A stretch of 64,000 nucleotides of DNA from Puniceicoccales bacterium (GTDB lineage Bacteria > Verrucomicrobiota > Verrucomicrobiia > Opitutales > UBA9783), in the NCBI GenBank assembly GCA_031266455.1, contig JAISBA010000004.1, positions 9,814 to 73,813 of the forward strand, written 5' to 3'. The notes below the pieces were generated by a model, which saw only the letters and a program-made list of their open reading frames with translations, was not told where the DNA came from and made no database searches. Of the stretch, positions 10,771 to 20,170 are shown piece by piece. A program made the translations under genes and the position numbers. How positions within the stretch are numbered: position 1 is the stretch's first letter; each line of letters starts with the position of its first letter.

Positions 10771-12108
10771 TCACCTTTTCTTCAATGTGAGTGCGAAAAA
10801 TATGCCTCCCAAAATGGATGTTACGACAAATGAAATATAAGCGGCATTCCATCCCCAATACTTGGCAATCGTTGGAACTCCAATACCCACGCATCCACCG
10901 GCCAAATAACCCACCGTGCCCGTTAATCCTGCAGCGGCAGCGGCGGCTTTTTTGGAACCAAATTCGGCACCTGATAATCCGCCTAAAGTCTGAGGTCCAT
11001 AAATCAAAAATCCCGTAACAGCCCAAAACATTGTATCCACAACCGGACTCGACATCCACGCACTCCATAAAGGATCTTGAACAACGCTGGTAAGAATCCA
11101 ATAAATTCCAATAACGACGCCCAATAAAATCATCATGTAAGCACCGCAAACACCTCTTCGACTCGGCATATATTTGTCCGTAAACCAACCCACAAATAAA
11201 CCCCCCAACAATCCACCTGCTTCCAAAATGGCAACTTTACAACCGGCTACCATGACGCTACTTTGTTGCGTCTGGGCAATGATGGTAGGTCCCCAGCAAA
11301 AGTATCCCATTCTTACAAAATAAACAAAAAAGTTGGCAACGCAAACCATCCACAAACGATAATTAAACAGAATATGTTCTTTAAAAACAGTAAAAAAACT
11401 CTCGTGCGCATCTGACAAAGGAATCTCCTCTTCAACTTGCAAACCTTCATAAACTTCTACGGATGGCAATCCCAAAGACTCGGGCGTATCTCTTAAACGA
11501 TCCCACAACCAAATTGCAATGGCAAAGCAAATGATGGACGGAACAATAAAAAGATAACGCCAGGAGTAACATTCCAACAACCAAGCACCTCCCAATAAAA
11601 TGCAGATGCTGCCTAATTGATGCGAAGCGTTTACGATCCCCCACCGCATGCCCAATTCACGTGGACCGAACCACTGGGTTAGGGTTCTGGCAACAGAAGG
11701 CCAACCCATCGATTGAAAACAAGCGCTTATGGCCAACATCAAACCAAACCAAAATGCCGAATGACAGCACCCTGCAATTAAACTGACCAATGCGGCGCAT
11801 GCCAAACCAACGGGCATAAAGTAACGGGCATTGGAACGGTCACAAATAGCTCCACTTACAAATTTAAAAATACCGTAAATAATGGAAAAAACAGAAAACC
11901 CCCAACCCACCGCTTCGGCACTGAAAGGGAATTTCGGAGACGTTTTAGCCATTGAAAAATTTTGTCTTACGAGGTAAAAGGAAGCGTATCCTACGATGAG
12001 GCCGTACGTAAGTCTACGGCGCCAATACGTATATTCCCGACTCACGACATCTGCCGTTTTGCAATTATTTTCGGTTGTTTCGTAAGGACGTACACTTTGA
12101 GACATCAA
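10771..12108 (-). CDS. MFS organophosphate:phosphate antiporter (UhpC/GlpT-like sugar-phosphate transporter)
   Basis: 445 aa with 12-TM appearance. The N-terminal WRRRLTYGLIVGYASFYLVRQNFSMA and the later DRSNARYF and GPRELG are typical of the GlpT/UhpC family. Confidence 0.8.
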   Translation of the reverse strand: MMSQSVRPYETTENNCKTADVVSREYTYWRRRLTYGLIVGYASFYLVRQNFSMAKTSPKFPFSAEAVGWGFSVFSIIYGIFKFVSGAICDRSNARYFMPVGLACAALVSLIAGCCHSAFWFGLMLAISACFQSMGWPSVARTLTQWFGPRELGMRWGIVNASHQLGSICILLGGAWLLECYSWRYLFIVPSIICFAIAIWLWDRLRDTPESLGLPSVEVYEGLQVEEEIPLSDAHESFFTVFKEHILFNYRLWMVCVANFFVYFVRMGYFCWGPTIIAQTQQSSVMVAGCKVAILEAGGLLGGLFVGWFTDKYMPSRRGVCGAYMMILLGVVIGIYWILTSVVQDPLWSAWMSSPVVDTMFWAVTGFLIYGPQTLGGLSGAEFGSKKAAAAAAGLTGTVGYLAGGCVGIGVPTIAKYWGWNAAYISFVVTSILGGIFFALTLKKR

Positions 12109-12240
12109 AAAATCCTCTTGTTTTTTTATTGGCGGTCTTAAATCCTACAATCAAAAGAAATCATAGTTTACACAAAAAACTCTTTGCAAATCTTTTTATT
12201 GAAAATGTGATCTCTGCTCATGAAGAACGTTTTATATTAC

Positions 12241-13479
12241 TTACGCATTGCTTCGCTTCTTCCGAGCAACCTTAGCGTTATAAAAATGGACCCTGGGAGC
12301 TTTTTTAGTCTTTTCACTTTCGGGTACTTTAGCAGGCTCGAAATCGGGCCAAAAAACTTTCGCCGACGTCACTGGAATTTCCTTTTGAATACACTTTTCA
12401 ATATGTCTTAACAGGGATTTTTCTCCAGAATCGCAAAATGAAAAAGCACATCCCCTATTGCCGGCACGCCCCGTTCGTCCAATACGATGCACGTAACCGT
12501 GAGGTTCCTCAGGTAAATCGTAATTAATTACATGCGTAATATCCGCCACATCGATACCGCGTGAGGCCACATCGGTGGCTACTAGGACACGTATGGCTCC
12601 CAATTTGAACTTATTCAACGCCTTTTCGCGCTCCCGTTGCGATTTATCTCCATGGATGGCAGACGAAGCCACCTCCCCTCGCTTTAATCCTTTGCAAACT
12701 CGATCGGCAGCGAACTTAGTACGAGTGAAAACCAACACGCGTTTGCAAGCATCGTGTTTTAAAATATTGTGCAACAGTTCCTGTTTTTGCGATTTCTGTA
12801 CAAAAAATAAACTTTGCTCAATATTTTTGGAAGCCGTTGCAGGTGGTGTGATGTCTATACGTACGGGATGATTTAAAAATTGATCCGACAGGTGTTCTAT
12901 TGCTTTGGGTAACGTTGCTGAAAATAACAAAGTTTGTCGGCATTGGGGTAACTGCTTAACAATACGCTCTATATCCGGTAAAAATCCCATATCTAACATG
13001 CGATCCGCTTCATCTAACACGCAACACTGAACATATTTCAGCGAAAAACACTTTTGCTGCAAAAGATCCAAAAAGCGGCCTGGCGTAGCCACTAAAATAT
13101 CAACCCCTTGATGCAGCATGCGTATTTGAGGCTTTTCATTAACGCCACCAAAAATAACACCGTATGTTAACTTTAAGTATTTCCCATAATCTTTTAGTTT
13201 TTTGTGGATTTGCGCGGCCAATTCTCTCGTGGGTGTTAAAATAATCGATCTGGGCAAATGCCAATTTTTCGAAATAGGGTCTTCGTTTAAACGATGCAAC
13301 AAAGGTAAGACAAATGCAGCGGTTTTACCGGTTCCCGTTTGCGCGATACCTAAAAAATCGCTCCCAGCTAATACATGCGGTATGGCTTGTTGTTGTATCG
13401 GCGTTGGCGTCTTGTAAGATTGTTCCGACAACGCTTTTAAAATAGATGCATCAAGATTTAAATCTGAAAAATGAGTCAT
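12241..13479 (-). CDS. rhlE: DEAD-box ATP-dependent RNA helicase (RhlE-like)
   Basis: Q-motif region TPTPIQ, motif I AQTGTGKT, motif II DEAD, motif III SAT, motif VI HRIGRTGRAG, and a basic C-terminal tail. Confidence 0.85.
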   Translation of the reverse strand: MTHFSDLNLDASILKALSEQSYKTPTPIQQQAIPHVLAGSDFLGIAQTGTGKTAAFVLPLLHRLNEDPISKNWHLPRSIILTPTRELAAQIHKKLKDYGKYLKLTYGVIFGGVNEKPQIRMLHQGVDILVATPGRFLDLLQQKCFSLKYVQCCVLDEADRMLDMGFLPDIERIVKQLPQCRQTLLFSATLPKAIEHLSDQFLNHPVRIDITPPATASKNIEQSLFFVQKSQKQELLHNILKHDACKRVLVFTRTKFAADRVCKGLKRGEVASSAIHGDKSQREREKALNKFKLGAIRVLVATDVASRGIDVADITHVINYDLPEEPHGYVHRIGRTGRAGNRGCAFSFCDSGEKSLLRHIEKCIQKEIPVTSAKVFWPDFEPAKVPESEKTKKAPRVHFYNAKVARKKRSNA

Positions 13480-13515
13480 GGTAACAAATAAAAATTGAAC
13501 CCTGACTTTAAATGC

Positions 13516-14685
13516 TTATTCTGTCAAGTCCATTTCTTGAGGAATAGATAAAGGTATTTTGAAAGGTGTTTGCTGACGAAAGGTACACCATAAACGTGTT
13601 GGCTTATCACTGTAAGCGCTAGAATGACTTTTTTTCCATGGTTTTTTTACGCAATCCCAATGCCATATGACTACATCTCCATTACCAAACGCTTGCATAT
13701 GCTCATTGAACTGTTTTATATCCCCTTGTGAATCCAAAGATACCAGAGAATCCACAGACCGATTATCTCTGATTAATCCAGTCTGAATTCTTCGACGATA
13801 GTCTGCTTCCGTTGGGCTTTCCGGCCAATTCGTTAAAAAAATATATCGCAATTCGGGATCAGGATTTGCATTATACCGTGGACTAAAAAAATATATGCGT
13901 CTTTGCTGCCTCAGAAAATCATCGAAAATAACCTCTTCTTGTGGATTTATTCCTTCTTTACGTTTTCTTTCCGCGTACAATAACAACAATTCATTGAATC
14001 CTTGAAAAACAAAACGCTCCACCAAGCTCTCAATCTTCCAAAAGACAACACCCCCGCTGATGCGGGCAAATCCATGTTCACTGTCTTGATCTATGGCCTG
14101 TGGATCAAAAATATATCGCGTATCAACCCAACCCACGCCTCCGTGTGTTGGAAAGTACAAATTTGCGCCAATGATTTCCTGATCGATACCCTCACATTCA
14201 TCAAATAAAGGAGCTAAACTCTTCACAACGATAAGATCAGAATCCAACCACAAAAAACTATTAATACTTCGTACGCTTTCCGGCAACAGGTCTGAAAACC
14301 AGATATCCGGAAATAATAAGCGTAGATTAACCAATCGACTCCATCCATCGCTTTTAATCCGGTCTGCAAAGTCCATCAAATCTATCTGTCCACCATCTAT
14401 CGTTGGCATTGATTTCCATTGAGGATCCTGTAAATTTACCAGAAAAACCGTACACCGTTCGTCGGACATAGCTTGTAGTTTATCAGCATCTTCGAAGGAT
14501 ACACCATCCATAAAAATAATGACTTGCAAAGTGCTGCAAGGATTGCTGTTTTTTATGGATTGTACAGCAACAGCCGTTGTCACGACATATTTCCCATTGG
14601 TTGTTAACACATAATTTTGGACCGCAGCGACCCAAGTTGTCCATTGCACACACAAGATAACTCCCAATAGAAACGGAATTTTCAT
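13516..14685 (-). CDS. Putative exported GT8-like (GT-A fold, DxD) glycosyltransferase
   Basis: The N-terminus MKIPFLLGVILCVQWTTWVAAV looks like a signal peptide. FLWLDSDLIVVKSL resembles the GT8 'LYLDxDxxV' DxD motif. VIWHWDCVKKPWKK resembles the GT8 C-terminal 'H..G..KPW' motif. This is a motif-level call only. Confidence 0.45.
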   Translation of the reverse strand: MKIPFLLGVILCVQWTTWVAAVQNYVLTTNGKYVVTTAVAVQSIKNSNPCSTLQVIIFMDGVSFEDADKLQAMSDERCTVFLVNLQDPQWKSMPTIDGGQIDLMDFADRIKSDGWSRLVNLRLLFPDIWFSDLLPESVRSINSFLWLDSDLIVVKSLAPLFDECEGIDQEIIGANLYFPTHGGVGWVDTRYIFDPQAIDQDSEHGFARISGGVVFWKIESLVERFVFQGFNELLLLYAERKRKEGINPQEEVIFDDFLRQQRRIYFFSPRYNANPDPELRYIFLTNWPESPTEADYRRRIQTGLIRDNRSVDSLVSLDSQGDIKQFNEHMQAFGNGDVVIWHWDCVKKPWKKSHSSAYSDKPTRLWCTFRQQTPFKIPLSIPQEMDLTE

Positions 14686-14918
14686 GCCTACTTATCAAAA
14701 ATTACCTTACCCACAACGTATGAAAATCTAATCGTTTCATCTTACACAAACAACAGAATATTGGATCCATTTCGCTCATATCCAAGTAATTTTTAAAACT
14801 TATACATTAATAAATCAAACAAATATGTTTGAAATTTTTCATAATAAGTACTTAAATGATCTAGTTTTTATGTTCTGCACACTTCACGTGACTTTCAGTC
14901 ATTGCTCCCAACATACCT

Positions 14919-15206
14919 ATGAATAATTCAACGGATCCACAACAGAAGCAATTAAATCAGGTACACGCGGCTAAAAACTCTACTGAACTTATGAAGCAGA
15001 TCATAAAACCTAATGCGCAGGATTTTAAATGTAAAATCTCCGAAAACATGCAAGCTACCACAGCGACCCTACCACCTCCTAAAGTCACATCTGACATTAG
15101 GCCTGAAAAAGTTAAAATGGCTCAAAAATTGATTCAAAATCCACATTATCCCACACCGCGACATCTGGATGAAATTGCAGACGCTCTGCTGGATGAGGTA
15201 GAATAA
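14919..15206 (+). CDS. Small hypothetical protein with FlgM-like (anti-sigma-28) C-terminus
   Basis: 95 aa with a low-complexity N-terminal half. The C-terminus DIRPEKVKMAQKLIQNPHYPTPRHLDEIADALLDE parallels the FlgM C-terminal pattern (VR.EKV..lK.aI.sG.Y.vd...iAd.ll). Confidence 0.3.
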   Translation: MNNSTDPQQKQLNQVHAAKNSTELMKQIIKPNAQDFKCKISENMQATTATLPPPKVTSDIRPEKVKMAQKLIQNPHYPTPRHLDEIADALLDEVE

Positions 15207-15370
15207 CCGCTTGCATGCCTATGCGTACGACTAAATTACCCAAGTTTTTGCCTGTTCAAAAACAACGCGATGATTGGGCAACATCTAAATTTAGATACCG
15301 ATGAAAGCGCAATAATAGTTGCAAAAAAAGTTAGACATACCCCCCTCATCCAATATAGAAAAGCACTCTC

Positions 15371-16786
15371 ATGAAGATTTATTTAATGGGAATCTGCGGC
15401 ACTGCCATGGCTCACGTAGCCTTATTGCTCAAAGAATTAGGGCATTCAATCGTAGGCAGCGATACGCAATTTTTTGATCCTATTGCCGACCTGCTCGTGA
15501 AAAATCAGATAGAAACCTACACAGGATTCGATGTGCAGCGACTACAAACATTAAAACCCGATTGTATCATCGTGGGGAATGTGATCTCTCGTGGAAATCC
15601 AGAAATTGAATATTTACTCAACGAACCCATTTGTCCCCTTTACTCTTTCCCACAATTTTTAGAACAATACATTATTCCGCAGCGTCCAACTTTTGTTGTA
15701 ACGGGAACCCACGGCAAAACTACCACAACCGCCCTATTAACCTACCTGTTAAAGCAGTTTTGTAACCCAGGCTACCTGATTGGAGGATTACCCAATAATT
15801 TTGAACATGGTGCTTCTTTGGGCGACGCGAAAGCTCCATTTGTATTGGAAGGCGACGAATACGATACGGCATTTTTTGATAAAAAAAGTAAATTTTTTCA
15901 CTATTGGCCGCATACGCTCATCATTAACAACATCGCATTTGACCACGCAGATATTTTTGACAACCTCAAATCCATTCAACGTACATTTTACCAACTGACA
16001 CGTATGGTCCCTTCGCACGGACACATCGTTATGAATGGCGACGACCCGAAAGTGATGGAATTACTTCCATGCGATTGGACGCATACGCATTGCGTAGGGT
16101 TTGAAAATCAAAATGAATGGCAAATTAAAAACTTTACAGACACTCTCCATGGTAGTCAGTTCGACTTATACCAATCGGAAACATGCATCTTTGCCAATAT
16201 TTGTCTCCCTTTATTGGGCCGATTTAATGCCCACAACGCCGCCTTAGCAATCGTTGCCTGTTACGTGAATCAACATACCGCCATAGATATGCAACGCCTT
16301 ACGCTTTTCTTGGGTGTTCGCCGGCGTCAATCCATGCTCTTCGAGTCCGAACAATTGACAATACTGGAAGATTTTGCCCACCACCCAACCGCCATACAAT
16401 CCATGCTGGAAACGCTCAAATTACATTATCCACACCATTACTTGATTGCCTGCTTTGAACCCGCGTGTAACACCAGCGCATCTACCTGGTTTGCGCAACA
16501 AGCTTACCCAACTTTTTATCGCGCCGATGAAGTTTGGATTGCTCCACGAAAAGCAAACATCTACTGCGACCAATTTATTCAACCTTTAATACCCATGGAT
16601 TCTGCTCAAGTTAGGCAAACATTACAACAAAACGGGATTAAGGTAAATACATTCGATTCACTCAATGAACTTATTGCCCGCATTGAAGGATTGACACCCA
16701 TGGCCCCCACACTTTTATGCTGCTTTTCAAATGGCCGACTGTCCACTTTATTGGCCGATATGCAACCTAGAAAGCAGAAGCACTAA
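15371..16786 (+). CDS. mpl: UDP-N-acetylmuramate:L-alanyl-gamma-D-glutamyl-meso-diaminopimelate ligase (murein peptide ligase)
   Basis: The N-terminus MKIYLMGICGTAMAHVALLLKELGHSIVGSD, then GNVISRGNPEIEYLL and VTGTHGKTTTT, track E. coli Mpl closely (ILGICGTFMGGLA...GHEVTGSD, GNAMTRGNP, GTHGKTTT). A MurC paralogue cannot be fully excluded. Confidence 0.8.
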   Translation: MKIYLMGICGTAMAHVALLLKELGHSIVGSDTQFFDPIADLLVKNQIETYTGFDVQRLQTLKPDCIIVGNVISRGNPEIEYLLNEPICPLYSFPQFLEQYIIPQRPTFVVTGTHGKTTTTALLTYLLKQFCNPGYLIGGLPNNFEHGASLGDAKAPFVLEGDEYDTAFFDKKSKFFHYWPHTLIINNIAFDHADIFDNLKSIQRTFYQLTRMVPSHGHIVMNGDDPKVMELLPCDWTHTHCVGFENQNEWQIKNFTDTLHGSQFDLYQSETCIFANICLPLLGRFNAHNAALAIVACYVNQHTAIDMQRLTLFLGVRRRQSMLFESEQLTILEDFAHHPTAIQSMLETLKLHYPHHYLIACFEPACNTSASTWFAQQAYPTFYRADEVWIAPRKANIYCDQFIQPLIPMDSAQVRQTLQQNGIKVNTFDSLNELIARIEGLTPMAPTLLCCFSNGRLSTLLADMQPRKQKH

Positions 16787-16797
16787 TCTTCATCGTC

Positions 16798-17733
16798 ATG
16801 GATAACGACATTTCAAACGCAGCAGAATTGTATAATTCTGGAGAATTGTTTTTTCGAGAACTTTTTGTAAAATGTGGTGAAGATCCTAACCGACAAGGAC
16901 TCCTAAAGACACCTCACAGGGTCGTCCAAAGTTTTCTTGAATTGACACAAGGCTACCATCAATCGGCACAAGAAATTCTTAACGACGCATTGTTTGATTG
17001 CGATAACGATGCGCCTGTCTACATCCAAAAGATTCCATTTTATTCCCTCTGCGAACATCACCTATTACCTTTTTTTGGGCACTGTGATATTACCTATTTA
17101 CCCAACAAAAAAGTCATCGGTTTGTCGAAAATACATCGTATTATAGACATGTTTTCCAAAAGACTCCAAATTCAAGAACGTCTCACATACCAGATCGCTA
17201 ATACGCTGCTTGAACTTACGCACGCCCAAGGTGTACGCGTCGAAATGCAGGCAGAACATCTATGCATATCCATGCGCGGAACGCACAAAATAAATTCCAC
17301 CACTTTTACTTCCAGCTGCTGCGGAAAACCCTGCCCTGAACGTAATCCAACGCATACAGACCTATGGCCTACGGCGGAACTTCAATTTCAAACTAAAGAA
17401 TTTCCTATCTCGCTCGGATGCTTTCCAAAAGAATTTCAGGAGGCCACATCCGTACAAATCCAAGCCGAGGTAAAATTTCTAACACCGCCGCAAGCGTGCA
17501 AGAGCGACCGCATTGAAGATACAATTTGTTACGATCACTTATCTCAACTGCTGTACGCGTGTTGCTTCAAGAAACATTTCAACCTTATCGAACATTGCGG
17601 CTATGAAGCCTACAGTACTTTAAAAAAATTCTTTAAACTCAAGAGCATATCTCACCTCCTGCGCTTAAAATTAACAAAAAAACTAACGCATGAAGACTTA
17701 CAACAAAGCGCTTTTCAGATAGGTGATTTTTAA
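16798..17733 (+). CDS. folE: GTP cyclohydrolase I fused to a C-terminal dihydroneopterin-aldolase-like domain (FolE-FolB fusion)
   Basis: Residues 1 to about 185 are FolE: DPNRQGLLKTPHRV, LCEHHLLPFFG, SKRLQIQERLT, EHLCISMRG. Residues from about 195 to 311 align by eye to FolB. LGCFPKEFQEAT matches IGVYDWEQTIEQ, ACKSDRIEDTICYDHL matches AAKSDDVADCLSYADI, and there is a late LKLTKK lysine. Confidence 0.7.
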   Translation: MDNDISNAAELYNSGELFFRELFVKCGEDPNRQGLLKTPHRVVQSFLELTQGYHQSAQEILNDALFDCDNDAPVYIQKIPFYSLCEHHLLPFFGHCDITYLPNKKVIGLSKIHRIIDMFSKRLQIQERLTYQIANTLLELTHAQGVRVEMQAEHLCISMRGTHKINSTTFTSSCCGKPCPERNPTHTDLWPTAELQFQTKEFPISLGCFPKEFQEATSVQIQAEVKFLTPPQACKSDRIEDTICYDHLSQLLYACCFKKHFNLIEHCGYEAYSTLKKFFKLKSISHLLRLKLTKKLTHEDLQQSAFQIGDF

Positions 17734-17739
17734 AATATC

Positions 17740-17826
17740 TGGTGGTGGGGGAGCGATTCGAACGCTCGAAAGGGAACCCCTGACAGATTTACAGTCTGCA
17801 TCCTTTAGCCACTTGGATACCCCACC
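17740..17826 (-). tRNA. tRNA-Tyr (anticodon GUA), long variable arm, CCA encoded
   Basis: The reverse complement is GGTGGGGTATCCAAGTGGCTAAAGGATGCAGACTGTAAATCTGTCAGGGGTTCCCTTTCGAGCGTTCGAATCGCTCCCCCACCACCA. The acceptor stem pairs GGTGGGG with CCCCACC. The anticodon loop is CTGTAAA, and a GTTCGAATC T-loop is present. Confidence 0.9.
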
Positions 17827-17983
17827 TTTGGCTAAATACGGTAGTTGCTTTTTCCCCTTTGCCAAGTGTTTTTTCCAAAAATCTTATCCACACCCCAGGC
17901 AAGCATTTTGGAGGTTAATTTTCTCATTTATTACAAAAATAAAAGCTTGAAAAAATTACTTGAGACCTATACAGGTATAACGC

Positions 17984-18628
17984 ATGTATACTTGTCATCA
18001 TATCTCTACGTTGGTTGGCCAAAAAGCCCCCAATTTTACCGCAAATGCGGTTATTAACGGTAATCAGATTGTTGAAAATTTTTCTCTAGAAAAGTATTTA
18101 GGGAATCAATACATCGTACTGTTCTTTTATCCAAAAGATTTCACATTTGTATGTCCCACCGAGCTGCACGCTTTCCAAAGAACCATAAAAGAGTTCGAAA
18201 ATCGGTCAACCCAGATCATCGCATGCTCTACCGACAGTGAATTCAGTCACTGGGCATGGTTGCAAATGCCTAAACAAGAAGGAGGCATTCAAGGCGTAAC
18301 TTACCCTATCGTTGCCGATGTTAACAAAACGATCACCAACGATTACGGAATTCTTGCAGGCACTTGTTATTACGACGAACAAGATCATTTGCAGGCGGAA
18401 GGAACATTGGTTGCCTATAGAGGCTTATTTCTCATCGATAAACAAGGTATCATTCAACACCAGATGGTTAATAATATGCCCTTGGGCCGTTCCGTATCAG
18501 AAACCTTGCGCGTGGTAGATGCGCTACAACATTTCGAAATGTGCGGAGAAGTGTGTCCCGTTAACTGGCACAAAGGTGAATCAGGCATACAACCAACCCA
18601 TGAAGATTTAAAAGACTTTTTTAGATAA
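17984..18628 (+). CDS. ahpC: Typical 2-Cys peroxiredoxin (AhpC/Prx family)
   Basis: Peroxidatic Cys motif DFTFVCPTEL and resolving Cys GEVCPVNW. Confidence 0.85.
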   Translation: MYTCHHISTLVGQKAPNFTANAVINGNQIVENFSLEKYLGNQYIVLFFYPKDFTFVCPTELHAFQRTIKEFENRSTQIIACSTDSEFSHWAWLQMPKQEGGIQGVTYPIVADVNKTITNDYGILAGTCYYDEQDHLQAEGTLVAYRGLFLIDKQGIIQHQMVNNMPLGRSVSETLRVVDALQHFEMCGEVCPVNWHKGESGIQPTHEDLKDFFR

Positions 18629-18945
18629 AACGCGCATTTGCCTTTTACATTCCAAAAATCTATAATTTTATACTATAAAAAAGGGAGCGTGCGTTTATTG
18701 ATACCCATGAAGGCAAGTTTCGTTTTCATGTTTACGTACGATCGATCATCCTACCTTTCCTATGTTTTGTTTGGGCGATGTTTTAGATAAGCTATTCCCA
18801 CGATAGATACAGATTTTTGGAATGCTCGTTGAGTTTTTGGGCATTTCTTGAGAAGTTCGTTGCAGAATAGGAGGAGTGGCAAAAAAATTTATTTGAAAAA
18901 ATAGCTTTTCAAGAGGCGTAAAATGCTGTTACAATCCTAAAGGTT

Positions 18946-20142
18946 ATGAGCAGTGTAAAACTGATAAAAGATGTGGCGGTTGAAGGTAAGCGGGTATTTG
19001 TGCGCGTTGACTTTAATGTTCCCTTAGATGCCCAAGGCAACGTATCGGACGAAACGCGTATCGTTGCGGCTTTACCAACAATTCAGTTCTTGTTAGAACG
19101 CGGTGCAAAGGTTATTCTGGCAAGCCATTTGGGACGGCCCAAAGGTCAAGTGGTAGCCAAGTACAGTCTGAGACCCGTAGCCCAAACTTTGGCAACAAAA
19201 CTCAATCAACCGATTTTATTTCTAGAAGACTGCATTGGAGAGGTTGTGGAAGAAGCTGTTCAGGAAATGGCTGAAAACTCAATTGTCTTGCTGGAAAATT
19301 TACGCTTTCACGCAGAAGAAGAAGCCAATAATCCCGAATTCTCCAAATCTTTAGCACGATTGGCAGATGTTTACGTGAATGACGCTTTTGGAACCGCGCA
19401 TCGCGCGCACGCTTCCACCGTCGGCATGGTTGAATTTGTACCTCAAAAAGCCGTTGGCTTTCTCATCGAGAAGGAATTGCAATATTTGGAGCAGAAAGTA
19501 GGGAATCCCGATCGACCATTTTGCGTCATTTTGGGGGGCGCTAAAGTAAGTGATAAAATCCACGTGATCGATGCTTTGCTTGATAAAGCCGATCGTATAC
19601 TGATTGGCGGGGCCATGGCCTACACATTCGCCCTAGCGCAGGGCCAAACGGTGGGAAGTAGCTTGGTGGAGCACGACAAGGTTGAATTGGCGTTGCAACT
19701 TTTGCAAAAAGCTAAAAGCAAAGGAGTTGCATTATGTTTGCCGGTAGATACAGTGGCCACCGATAAAATGGATAGAGAAGGTCGCACTTTGGGTACACTT
19801 AAAACATTCCACGGTTCTATAGATGAAAGTTGGGAAGGCGTCGACATAGGTCCCGAAACGATAGAAATTTATACAAAATTTATTCACGAAGCCAAAACAA
19901 TTTTGTGGAATGGTCCCGTGGGCGTGTTTGAAATAGAAGCTGCTGCCGTAGGAAGTATCAAAATTGCCCAAGCGATGGCTACTTCTACCGGGACCACCAT
20001 TGTGGGCGGAGGCGACTGCGTCAAAGCGATCCACCAAAGCGGATGTGCCCAACAAATATCATTTCTAAGTACCGGCGGGGGCGCTAGCCTCAAATTGCTG
20101 GAAGGTAAGGCATTACCGGGGTTAGAAACCCTAAAACAATAA
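18946..20142 (+). CDS. pgk: Phosphoglycerate kinase
   Basis: [31 protein letters not shown] and STGGGASL motifs. 398 aa. Confidence 0.95.
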   Translation: MSSVKLIKDVAVEGKRVFVRVDFNVPLDAQGNVSDETRIVAALPTIQFLLERGAKVILASHLGRPKGQVVAKYSLRPVAQTLATKLNQPILFLEDCIGEVVEEAVQEMAENSIVLLENLRFHAEEEANNPEFSKSLARLADVYVNDAFGTAHRAHASTVGMVEFVPQKAVGFLIEKELQYLEQKVGNPDRPFCVILGGAKVSDKIHVIDALLDKADRILIGGAMAYTFALAQGQTVGSSLVEHDKVELALQLLQKAKSKGVALCLPVDTVATDKMDREGRTLGTLKTFHGSIDESWEGVDIGPETIEIYTKFIHEAKTILWNGPVGVFEIEAAAVGSIKIAQAMATSTGTTIVGGGDCVKAIHQSGCAQQISFLSTGGGASLKLLEGKALPGLETLKQ

Positions 20143-20170
20143 ATAATTTTTTTATCTAAAGGAGAAAAAT

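Noticed and set aside
10706-11188. 160-aa alternative-frame minus ORF and a 75-aa plus ORF overlapping the 3' end of the MFS transporter gene.
   Set aside because: The transporter frame is continuous and family-typical over this stretch. The alternative frames are Cys/Arg-rich junk.
17723-17950. 75-aa plus-strand ORF (…GGGAIRTLEREPLTDLQSASFSHLDTPP…) and the overlapping 17845-18057 ORF.
   Set aside because: The first is the antisense translation of tRNA-Tyr. The second lies in the ahpC upstream region with no supporting motif.
18908-18935. Possible pgk promoter TTCAAG-N16-TACAAT.
   Set aside because: The boxes are plausible, but the -10 ends only 10 nt before the ATG and overlaps the likely ribosome-binding site (aaagg). 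It is too speculative to list as a feature.
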